From contig JAGLDY010000012.1 of assembly GCA_023145375.1 (NCBI GenBank), positions 45,861-109,860 on the forward strand: a stretch of DNA of 64,000 bases, given 5' to 3'. This DNA comes from Candidatus Sabulitectum sp. Lineage in GTDB: Bacteria; Fermentibacterota; Fermentibacteria; Fermentibacterales; JCC-6. Made by a program: the position numbers and the translations under genes. This document shows, one piece after another, positions 9,756-17,946 of this stretch; position 1 is the first letter of the stretch, and each line of letters opens with the position of its first letter. A model generated the notes under the pieces. That model was not told the DNA's origin and did not search any database. It saw only the letters and a list, made by a program, of their open reading frames with translations.

Positions 9756-9787
9756 GAAGAGGGAAGGACACATCCTCCCCTCTTTCC
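9756..9787. terminator. candidate bidirectional intrinsic terminator between convergent genes
   Basis: Imperfect GC-rich hairpin GAAGAGGGAAGG-acacat-CCTCCCCTCTTTCC between the stop at 9690 and the stop at 9799. Confidence 0.35.
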
Positions 9788-9798
9788 TGAAACAGAAT

Positions 9799-11109
9799 TT
9801 ACCTGACAAGAAGTACTTTTCCGGTTGCATGGTCTCCGCCTGAAGAAATACTGTAGAAGTATACTCCTGACGCAAGTCCAGACCCGTTGAAGCTGGCAGT
9901 ATGCAAGCCTGTATCCATGTTGGAATTGATCAGTGTTTCGATAATCCTGCCCATTCCATCGTATATGTCAAGTGACACATAACCGGACGTGTGCAGGTCG
10001 AAAGTGATCCTGGTTTCATTGGAGATCCTGTCGTTAACAGCACTGTGGAAACCAATTGTACTTAATGGTTCAGCTACACCACTCAGCTCTTCATAATCGT
10101 CGCATTGCCGGTTGTTGTGATGCATGCGCTTGCAGAGGAAACGGACAGCGATTGGAAACCTTTCGTAAAGCTTGTCAAAATGACCACCCAGGAATACTTG
10201 GTATTCGTAGGCTATGCCCATTGCGTCCAGCGAGTCTGCAAAGGCATTGCAGGCAGGGAGAATGTAGAATTGATCCAGAGTTCCTGCGTCAAAGTAGATT
10301 CGCGGAGCGCACCCGTCCTCTGCAGGCAGGTTCTGTAGAAACTGAGGAAGATTGTGGTTCATCCAGAGTGCCCAGACTTCCGGGACATAATTCGCCCACC
10401 TGTCCAGGGGCAGGTCAACATAGTAAGGAGGACTGGTCAAGTTCGGAGAAAATGCCCCAGCCATGCTGAAGAGGACCCCGTTAGCAAATCCAGCGGAAGG
10501 GTTGTATTCGTAAGGTATTCCAGGGAGCTCTCCCAGAACGCCATGGATGTTAATGGAAAGCATCACAGGCAGATCCATTCCACTTCCGCAGACGGCAGCT
10601 GCGGCTTGAAAAATATCCGGATACTCTCCGTAGAATTTTACAGCTCCATAGCCGCCCATGGAATGACCCATCACAGTCCTCTTTACACGGTTGGGTAGAG
10701 TTCTGAAGTTACTGTCAACCCATTGGATAAGATCCTGAGCAATGTAGCCTTCCACATCTCCGTAGAGAGCAGAACCTGTGTAGAATGAAACCGGATAGGG
10801 AGTAGTGAAACCATCAGGTCTTACCACGACAACAGGGTTGATCTCCCCATTTTCTATCATGCAGTCAAGAACCTCCACCAGATATAAGAAATCATCATGA
10901 CCGAGCAGACGCCCGGCACCGTGGAGGTAGTAGATCACTGGATATCTTTTCCCACAGCAAGAATTGTATCCATCTGGAAGATAGACATGTACGCTCTTTT
11001 CCTGGGCCAGAGCTTCACTGTAGAATGTGGTTTCAATAACCACACTTTCAGCCAGAGTTTGTGAAGAAATCACCAGAAAGAGCGTCGCAAACATTAGCAA
11101 CTTGTACAT
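9799..11109 (-). CDS. esterase-family alpha/beta hydrolase (PF00756-like) with a T9SS C-terminal sorting domain
   Basis: Signal peptide, YPVIYYLHGAG motif, GHSMGGYGA nucleophile elbow, and C-terminal LDIYDGMGRII...GVYFYSI CTD. Confidence 0.8.
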   Translation of the reverse strand: MYKLLMFATLFLVISSQTLAESVVIETTFYSEALAQEKSVHVYLPDGYNSCCGKRYPVIYYLHGAGRLLGHDDFLYLVEVLDCMIENGEINPVVVVRPDGFTTPYPVSFYTGSALYGDVEGYIAQDLIQWVDSNFRTLPNRVKRTVMGHSMGGYGAVKFYGEYPDIFQAAAAVCGSGMDLPVMLSINIHGVLGELPGIPYEYNPSAGFANGVLFSMAGAFSPNLTSPPYYVDLPLDRWANYVPEVWALWMNHNLPQFLQNLPAEDGCAPRIYFDAGTLDQFYILPACNAFADSLDAMGIAYEYQVFLGGHFDKLYERFPIAVRFLCKRMHHNNRQCDDYEELSGVAEPLSTIGFHSAVNDRISNETRITFDLHTSGYVSLDIYDGMGRIIETLINSNMDTGLHTASFNGSGLASGVYFYSISSGGDHATGKVLLVR

Positions 11110-11587
11110 TGGAGTACGCCCCTTTCTAAACTGAAGCTGATGAAAAATCGGTCTATCCGATCATCCCCGGCAACATCCGGCGGGAAATAACCGAAGAGAC
11201 AAATTGTGAAGTTACAGAGAAAGGAACCTGGCACTTCGATCAGAACAGGCCGGTGTCGCAACAACAGCCTCACATGCCCTATATGCAAGTAAGTACTGGA
11301 TGTCAAGTAATATGCAAAGCGTAAGGAAACAAAAGTTTACCTGCAATAATTGCGGATCTGCGAGAGTTTTCAGCAATGAATGTATGCGCACGATTCTGTA
11401 AATCTGAAATATGAAAATGAATAAAAAGGAAGTATACATCTGTATACTTATTTCTGGGAGGAAATTGACAACCGGAGTACGGCGCACACATACAGACAAT
11501 AAATACCGCGCATGTAGAAAAAATGCACTACCCAATAAGCAGTTCGGAAGAATCAGAATCAGGCAGGGAAGAGAGAAAAGAATAAGC

Positions 11588-11615
11588 TTGACAAGATTAT
11601 CATGACAGGTATTAT
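11588..11615 (+). promoter_or_regulatory. putative sigma70-like promoter for the DUF1232 gene
   Basis: TTGACA (11588-11593), 16-nt spacer, TATTAT (11610-11615). The gene's SD is about 40 nt downstream. Confidence 0.3.
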
Positions 11616-11672
11616 GTAACCAGTAAGAATTCATTTGAAGAGCTGTATATGTCTGGAAGGAGCCTGATAATA

Positions 11673-12089
11673 ATGCGTAAATCAATATCTAACTATGAGG
11701 CAAGAGAAGTACTTAACGATGGAGCGGAGAAAGTGACAGAGGAAGACATTCAGAAAGTGATCACCAGGGCGGACGATATTCAGAGTAAATTCACCAGTCA
11801 CAGCCCCCTAGGCAGATTCATCTCTGATATGAAGATAATGATATCACTGATAATGGATTTCTGGAACCAGAGTTACAGAGAAGTTCCCTGGTGGACGGTC
11901 GGCGCAGTGGTAACAGCCCTGCTATATGTTCTCAATCCTGTGGATATTATTCCCGATTTCATCCCCTTCTTTGGTCTCCTGGACGATGCAGCAGTTGTAT
12001 CAGCCTGCCTTTTACTGGTGGAGAAAGACCTTAACAAATACAGAAACTGGAAAGATGGGAAGTCCGAAGAGACAGGGGAAGAATTGTAG
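11673..12089 (+). CDS. DUF1232 (YkvA-like) membrane protein
   Basis: Strong SD GGAAGGAG 10 nt upstream of the ATG at 11673, so the ORF-track start at 11649 is probably too long. DUF1232 signature DIIPDFIPFFGLLDDAAV. Confidence 0.7.
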   Translation: MRKSISNYEAREVLNDGAEKVTEEDIQKVITRADDIQSKFTSHSPLGRFISDMKIMISLIMDFWNQSYREVPWWTVGAVVTALLYVLNPVDIIPDFIPFFGLLDDAAVVSACLLLVEKDLNKYRNWKDGKSEETGEEL

Positions 12090-12092
12090 TTT

Positions 12093-12584
12093 TCAGCTCT
12101 CCCGGTTGAAGAACTCGCTGACCCATTGAAAATCACAGCCTGCATTCTTTGCTGCATTTTTATCGTCATCACGGTCGCCCACATACAGAACGCTATTCGC
12201 AGATACACCGTAAAGCTTCATCAGACGATTAAGCATCTCAGGAGCCGGTTTCCTGCAGGTACATCCGCTGTAGGGGAGGTGAGGGCACATCTCTATGGTA
12301 CCTTCCACCGGGCTGAAACCGAATGCTTCCCTGAAAGTGTCCTGTAACAAACTCATGGCAGTCTCTTCAGCAAAGTAGCCGGAGCCAACCCCTCCCTGAT
12401 TGCTTGCAATACCGTATCCGACTCCGTCTTTCCCCCCTGGGGAAGCCCAATTGAAGCTGGCAAGTTTCTCGATCACATCAGGAAAGAGTAACCACTCACC
12501 CTCTCTGTTGGGGCAGGGTTGCCCGGGAACCGTGCAGTATCTCAGCGTACCGTCCGCATCAAAGATTATCAGCTTATAGGTCAT
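12093..12584 (-). CDS. gmhB: HAD-IIIA phosphatase, GmhB-like (D,D-heptose 1,7-bisphosphate phosphatase family)
   Basis: HAD motif I IIFDADGTL. GmhB-type Zn-binding cysteines CPNREGEW...CTCRKPAP. C-terminal GDRDDD motif. Confidence 0.65.
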   Translation of the reverse strand: MTYKLIIFDADGTLRYCTVPGQPCPNREGEWLLFPDVIEKLASFNWASPGGKDGVGYGIASNQGGVGSGYFAEETAMSLLQDTFREAFGFSPVEGTIEMCPHLPYSGCTCRKPAPEMLNRLMKLYGVSANSVLYVGDRDDDKNAAKNAGCDFQWVSEFFNRES

Positions 12585-12946
12585 ACAGCGGAGATCCCCC
12601 TGGTTTGTCTAAAGGAAAACCAATTCCGAATAATGAGAACTCATGCGTCAGCATTGCTTCTGTTAAAATAATACTATTGAAAACGTTTGCAAGCACAGCA
12701 GCGAGTACACGGGATCAATAATGATGCCTGAAGCTGATGGATGGTATTACTACAACAGAAATTACCGGAGGTAGCAGCGGATAGATTAGAAAACAATTGC
12801 TCTTCTTCGGAACTGAGTATTTGTTGTATTCAAAGTCTGATAAGGAAATCGTGTTACCATGGACAGCATTGCACTCACGGATGCAGTTGTATTAGCTTCT
12901 TTGAAATCCCGCTTGTATTGTAAACTCTTTTGCTGGAGGTGACACA

Positions 12947-14185
12947 ATGTCAAAGAAGAAACAGACCGTTGTTTTCGCAGAGGTTCTTTACGACGGCAGG
13001 AATAAACTGGAAAACTGTTCGGTTATCATTGAGGGTGACAAGGTAGTGGATGTTCTTCATAAGAAGATCCCTGCGGATTATTCAGGTTATGTAACACCGG
13101 CATTTATCGATGCCCACTCCCACATTGGAATGGACAGGGAAGGTGAGCCCTGGACAGAATCTGAAATGAATGATGTACTGAACCAGATACTGCCTGTTAA
13201 CGATCCGCTTAACAGCATCTACTTTGACGACAGGGCTTTCAAAGACGCGGTGGATTTCGGTGTTCTCTACAGCTGCGTTGTTCCAGGCAGCGGTAATCTC
13301 TTTGGCGGCAGGGCAAAGGTGATTCGCAACTTTGCAGCTAACAGAAAAACAGCAGAGCTGAAAGATTACGGATTCAAGATGGCTTTTGGCTTTAACCCAA
13401 GGTCCACAACCGACTGGAAAGGTGACAGACCCAATACCAGAATGGGTATTTACGCCCTTCTTGAACAGAAATTTGACGAGGTCATCAACAAGCGTAAAAA
13501 GGCATCTTTAAAGATGGAAAAGGAGCTGCACAAGCTTCAGTTAGATGCAGAAAAAGAGAAGTTCTCCTCTGATGAGATCAAGTTTCAAACATCATTGATC
13601 GAAAGGGAACACTCTCAAGCGTTCTCCCCGGCGGAGAATGCATTAATGGAACTGCTATCTGGTGAGAAAACAGCCAAAGTGCATGTACATAAGGAAGATG
13701 ATGTTCTCTACCTCATCGAATTTGCCCGGAAGTACGGCATCAAGGTAACAGCGGAACACACTGGCGATGTGTTCCATAAAGAGATTTTTGATGAACTGGG
13801 TGAAGCAGGTATTCCCATTGTTTACGGGCCACTGGGGTCAGTGGGATACAAGGTGGAGCTTAAACATGCCTACTATCAGAATGCAGGGCTTATTATGAAG
13901 TCCGGCGCATTTTACGGCCTCATGACTGACCACCCGGTTATCTGGACACCCTTCCTGAGAGAGAGCCTGAAATTCTTTCTTGTTCAGGGCATGTCACCAG
14001 AGGAAGCCATCTCAATGATCACATGGAAGAACGCAAAGATACTGGGTCTGGATGATATTCTTGGTACTGTTGAACAGGGCAAGACCGCAAGCCTCATAGT
14101 ATGGGATCAGGATCCCCTGAACCTTGCAGCTTTTCCGGGAATGGTCATGGGGGAAGGGAAAGTACTGAGGCAGAAGAACAAATAG
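12947..14185 (+). CDS. amidohydrolase-family metal-dependent hydrolase
   Basis: GGAGGTGA SD. FIDAHSHIGM metal-binding motif. About 412 aa. Confidence 0.7.
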   Translation: MSKKKQTVVFAEVLYDGRNKLENCSVIIEGDKVVDVLHKKIPADYSGYVTPAFIDAHSHIGMDREGEPWTESEMNDVLNQILPVNDPLNSIYFDDRAFKDAVDFGVLYSCVVPGSGNLFGGRAKVIRNFAANRKTAELKDYGFKMAFGFNPRSTTDWKGDRPNTRMGIYALLEQKFDEVINKRKKASLKMEKELHKLQLDAEKEKFSSDEIKFQTSLIEREHSQAFSPAENALMELLSGEKTAKVHVHKEDDVLYLIEFARKYGIKVTAEHTGDVFHKEIFDELGEAGIPIVYGPLGSVGYKVELKHAYYQNAGLIMKSGAFYGLMTDHPVIWTPFLRESLKFFLVQGMSPEEAISMITWKNAKILGLDDILGTVEQGKTASLIVWDQDPLNLAAFPGMVMGEGKVLRQKNK

Positions 14186-14188
14186 CAG

Positions 14189-15436
14189 TCAGACTGCAGG
14201 GTTCATCACCCTTCCCATGAAAACTATTGAGCCGGTTGCATTGTCCTGTATAAGGAAGAAAAATGGTCTGTTTATGTCCATCTCAACCGGGGATTCCGGG
14301 ATGCTGTGTAGACTCATGACAACTGCTGTTGCAGCGGCAGCTTCTGTACCTTCCTCATCTACTTTAACAAAGGCTTTGTGTACAACATCAGAAATGTATA
14401 GATCCCGGTTTCCTGTGATCCCGCTGAAGTCTGCATTATTTCCAAAAGCCGACCTCATTCCAAGAGAAGAAAGTATTTCACTGAGACCAATGCCTTTGGA
14501 GAATTCGAATCCGGGCATTGAAATGTGAATGTTCTGTGAGGAGAGGCTTTCCTTTATTGCTTCAAGCTCTGTAAGGTCGAAACTGCTTTCAAATTCACGC
14601 AAGTCACCATCTGGAAGAATAATCAACATGCTTGCACTGCCCCCGGCATAATCCATGGAAACAGCACTGTAACCTTCACCTGCTGCGTAGCTGAAGTGTT
14701 CCGTCTGCGTCATTACAGGTACATTCACAGTTGATCCATCAGCCAGAAAAAAATCCCCGTGGTAAGTTGCATATTCACTGAAGGGCTTGCTCCAGGAGGC
14801 CTTGAAGTAAACTGCGTTTGTCAGAACAAGACGAGTGTCTGCACCAAGTACTCCAGGTGGAATAAGATCAAGTATTCTTTCCATTGTACTTTCGGCGACC
14901 CGGGAATTGATCACTTCACGGGAACCTTCAGAGTTACCTGCGAAGTCGAGATTTTCTACTGATGCATTGTAAGATCCGGTAACCTCTGAAACAAAAGAGT
15001 CAAGCAGCGCATATCCATTCTGCACCCAGAGCCCATTGGAAATTGCCAGTTTGAAGGGTTCTACGGATTCTCTATGAGCAAGAGAACCGGAGGTCAGTGC
15101 TTCTGTTATTGATTGGAACAATCTACCGGTAACACTGTGAGGTGTACCAAAATGAAGTGTCTCTGCCATATCCAGCGCAGTTTCACCCTGTGCACCGGAG
15201 TAGGTCATGCCAAGTGCTGCGGAGATGCTATAGGGAGAGAAGAATACATTTTCAGTTTCTTCCACCGAACACAATTCCATGTACAGATCGAATGCGAACT
15301 CATTGTTCCCTTTTACAAAAGAAATGGCGGCCTCCGCATCAGTCAGTTGGGTTTCAGCACTCTTTTCAGCAAAGCACCCTGAAGGAATCACAAGAACGGC
15401 AGCAGCTGTTATCAGAAGTCCGGTAAGAATTTTCAT
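14189..15436 (-). CDS. serpin (serine protease inhibitor), lipoprotein-type signal
   Basis: AAGGAG SD upstream of the ATG at 15436. Signal/lipobox LITAAAVLVIPSGC. Serpin signatures FFSPYSISAALGMTYSGA and C-terminal NRPFFFLIQDNATGSIVFMGRVMNP. Confidence 0.85.
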   Translation of the reverse strand: MKILTGLLITAAAVLVIPSGCFAEKSAETQLTDAEAAISFVKGNNEFAFDLYMELCSVEETENVFFSPYSISAALGMTYSGAQGETALDMAETLHFGTPHSVTGRLFQSITEALTSGSLAHRESVEPFKLAISNGLWVQNGYALLDSFVSEVTGSYNASVENLDFAGNSEGSREVINSRVAESTMERILDLIPPGVLGADTRLVLTNAVYFKASWSKPFSEYATYHGDFFLADGSTVNVPVMTQTEHFSYAAGEGYSAVSMDYAGGSASMLIILPDGDLREFESSFDLTELEAIKESLSSQNIHISMPGFEFSKGIGLSEILSSLGMRSAFGNNADFSGITGNRDLYISDVVHKAFVKVDEEGTEAAAATAVVMSLHSIPESPVEMDINRPFFFLIQDNATGSIVFMGRVMNPAV

Positions 15437-15550
15437 AAGATTCTCCTTCGCAGAAAAATACAATAGATACTGCAAGATATTCCATTAAGTAGTCTTTGTC
15501 ACTGTCTTGTTCCTTTTTACGAATGGATCGAAAGAATCAGGGAGTTCTAC

Positions 15551-15582
15551 AAAAAAAGCCGGCAATGACGCCGGCTTTTTTT
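15551..15582. terminator. rho-independent terminator, bidirectional (A-run, hairpin, T-run)
   Basis: AAAAAAA-GCCGGC-aatgac-GCCGGC-TTTTTTT located 14 nt downstream of the minus-strand LCCL gene. Confidence 0.7.
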
Positions 15583-15595
15583 ATTACTATTTCAA

Positions 15596-15949
15596 CTATT
15601 CTACTTTATAGCTCCCGCTCCATTGACCGTAGTCCCAGCTGGTTACATCATTTTGCGTGGAGCCTGTGTAAGCTTCTTCTCCAGGAAGAATTGTAACAAC
15701 TACTACGCCGGTTTCTCCGTCTGCAAGAATGCCTGCATGAACTGCAGCAGCAGCAAGGTACGAGTCATCGGTATAGATCACTGTGCCCCATACGGTTGCT
15801 TCTGCGTCTCCGGTTACCTGAAAGGTGAATGATTCACCGGTCTGGTCTCTGTAGGATGTGAGGGTACCAGGATCGGGCTCCGGTGGTTCTCCGCAAGCCA
15901 TTAGTCCGATCAGGGCTACGGCCAGAATGATTGCCAGATTCTTTGCCAT
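15596..15949 (-). CDS. LCCL-domain lipoprotein
   Basis: AAGGAAG SD. Lipobox LIGLMACGE. LCCL-like core YTDDSYLAAAAVHAGILADGETGVVVVTI. Confidence 0.6.
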   Translation of the reverse strand: MAKNLAIILAVALIGLMACGEPPEPDPGTLTSYRDQTGESFTFQVTGDAEATVWGTVIYTDDSYLAAAAVHAGILADGETGVVVVTILPGEEAYTGSTQNDVTSWDYGQWSGSYKVE

Positions 15950-16144
15950 TTTTTCTTCCTTACTGTGTCGTGAAAAGACATGATCCTTTTCTGTCTCCGA
16001 TAGCAGAACCAGAACAGTGTTGTTCTCTGAACATGAGAATAATAATATGGCATGATCGTAACACGGTCAACAGCATTGAATTCGATATAAAGGAAATTGC
16101 TGATCCTGCTGAACACAAGATCGTGTTTCGATCTCTTCTTTCTG

Positions 16145-16537
16145 CTATTCAGCCACATCTACATTGGCAATGGCGGTATTGGGTATATAGACTCTTATTG
16201 TATTTGATTCCGGGTCTGCAGGGAAGAGGATAAAACCTGCAGGGTTTCTGTGGGTCAATTCAGAAATACCGTAGAACTTCTCTCCATCTTTGAAGGTTAC
16301 AATGATGTGTCTTCTTGGAATGGGTGCTTCACTGAAATCCTGAGCGTTCCTGTGGAGAGCGTCTCCCGCAAAATCCATCACAATAAAAACCGCCTTGAGG
16401 TTGTCCATAAAGAACTTAACGGAATCTGTGGGATCTTCAAGAGAAGCAAGATGAAAATAGGGAAGCGCAGGAGTGAAATCGAAAGAATAACCCTTTGATA
16501 CAATACCGTCATTACGGTGCACCACAATTTTGTTCAT
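16145..16537 (-). CDS. conserved small protein of unknown function, paralog A (a second copy is at 26871..27266)
   Basis: GAGGAGG SD. 130 aa. Shares about 35-40% identity and collinear motifs with the 26871 ORF (VVHxxNGxxxKGYSxDFxP, LxNLKAVFxVxDFxGD, IVxFxDGExFxGxSE, GFxLxPxDxxSNxxRxF). Confidence 0.6.
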   Translation of the reverse strand: MNKIVVHRNDGIVSKGYSFDFTPALPYFHLASLEDPTDSVKFFMDNLKAVFIVMDFAGDALHRNAQDFSEAPIPRRHIIVTFKDGEKFYGISELTHRNPAGFILFPADPESNTIRVYIPNTAIANVDVAE

Positions 16538-16739
16538 GTGACGCCTCCTCTACGCAGCTATCAACTAATTACATATTAATCACGTATGGAAGTCATGTCA
16601 ACAGAAGAACCTTGAAAAATGAGTCTGAGAGCGGTCTCACAAAAACTGCTCATTGACAGTTGCGAACGGTACAGTTACTGTATTATCGGTGTCTGAGTGG
16701 TCTCTTTGTAATACAGAGGAATTCTTGAGGAGGAATGTT

Positions 16740-17279
16740 GTGAAGAATTTTACGATTATGATACTTCTGGTTGCAATGGCACTTTTCGCCGTTGCAGGTT
16801 GTGGTGGAGCCTCTGAAACAGATAATGCAGATGAAATTGTTTCCAGCGGTAACGTCGACAGGGACATTGATATTGACAGTCATGATGAGGATGTTGACGT
16901 GGCAGAGCATTCAGACGAAGACTCGGATTATGATGCTTATGAAACGGATATTAACTACGATAACCTTGCTGCGGGCATCCCCGAGGGCTTTCCAGACGTG
17001 ATCCCTGTTTATGACCCTGCAACCGTTCTTGGAGGTACAGGGCAGGACGCCGGCGGAACCATGATATACAATCTCGTTATCGGCAGTGATGACCAGCTGT
17101 CGGATGTGGCGGAAGCAATCACTGGAAGTGTTGATAATATCGATATGAACATTGCCGTTGAAGGTTCACTGATGCTCATGGGGTACATGGATGACTGGGA
17201 TTACACCATCTCCGTTGATGATGGTGAAGCTGATGGATACTCCACTGTGATAACCTATACGATAGTGGAAAGACCATAG
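16740..17279 (+). CDS. acidic low-complexity lipoprotein
   Basis: GAGGAGG SD, then GTG at 16740. Lipobox LFAVAGCGG. D/E-rich tract DIDIDSHDEDVDVAEHSDEDSDYDAYETD. Confidence 0.5.
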   Translation: MKNFTIMILLVAMALFAVAGCGGASETDNADEIVSSGNVDRDIDIDSHDEDVDVAEHSDEDSDYDAYETDINYDNLAAGIPEGFPDVIPVYDPATVLGGTGQDAGGTMIYNLVIGSDDQLSDVAEAITGSVDNIDMNIAVEGSLMLMGYMDDWDYTISVDDGEADGYSTVITYTIVERP

Positions 17280-17328
17280 GTCAGTTGCTGAGTTGAGCCT
17301 GCAAAGCAACACAAGGGGGAGGGTAATT

Positions 17329-17943
17329 ATGGTTCCAAAATATGTATTTGTCGCAATATTCTTTGCCGTATCACTATTCGCCGGCTCAGCCTTTACGGAA
17401 GACGTTGAGCTCTGGGCGGAGATCGACCGGATAAATGGGATTTTTCAGAATGGAGACCAAATTGATTCTGATGCTATTGAGGAGTTGTTCCAGGAAACTG
17501 TCGGAGTAGCTCTTTCCATGGAACTGTCCCGCCAGTTCGAGGACCTTCGCAATGATGCTTTTGAGACAGATGACTTTACTGAATGTGACGGTTATGCGGA
17601 TAGAGCCGGCCCTGCTATAAATGTCTTCATAATGGGTGAATCGAATGCTATTGGGGTGAATACTGCGGTGTTTCTGGACCTGAGTATTCCCGAGTCGGAA
17701 GCATACACCTTCTTTCTGGTATGTGTAGGGGGATTCTATGTGGATGGAGAATCGCTGCGTAGTGGTACAGCAGAATTACCAGCATGGATGGAGCGATCCG
17801 GATCCAGCGCTCAAGCCGTTTATGATCCTGTCCAGGCAGAAGAATGGCTTGGCTACTGGGAGAGCATTCGTCTTTATCTGGATGGTGATTTTCTGTTTTT
17901 TGCAGACGAGACAATACTTGGAATTGATTTGGGTTCCGAGTAG
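17329..17943 (+). CDS. secreted hypothetical protein
   Basis: GGGGGAGG SD, then ATG at 17329. Signal peptide MVPKYVFVAIFFAVSLFAGSAFT. Confidence 0.5.
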   Translation: MVPKYVFVAIFFAVSLFAGSAFTEDVELWAEIDRINGIFQNGDQIDSDAIEELFQETVGVALSMELSRQFEDLRNDAFETDDFTECDGYADRAGPAINVFIMGESNAIGVNTAVFLDLSIPESEAYTFFLVCVGGFYVDGESLRSGTAELPAWMERSGSSAQAVYDPVQAEEWLGYWESIRLYLDGDFLFFADETILGIDLGSE

Positions 17944-17946
17944 AGG

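Noticed and set aside
11380-11520. Reiterated GCGCA(C/T) motifs in the esterase/DUF1232 divergent promoter region
   Set aside because: Too short and irregular to call an operator. Only the sigma70-like hexamers were retained.
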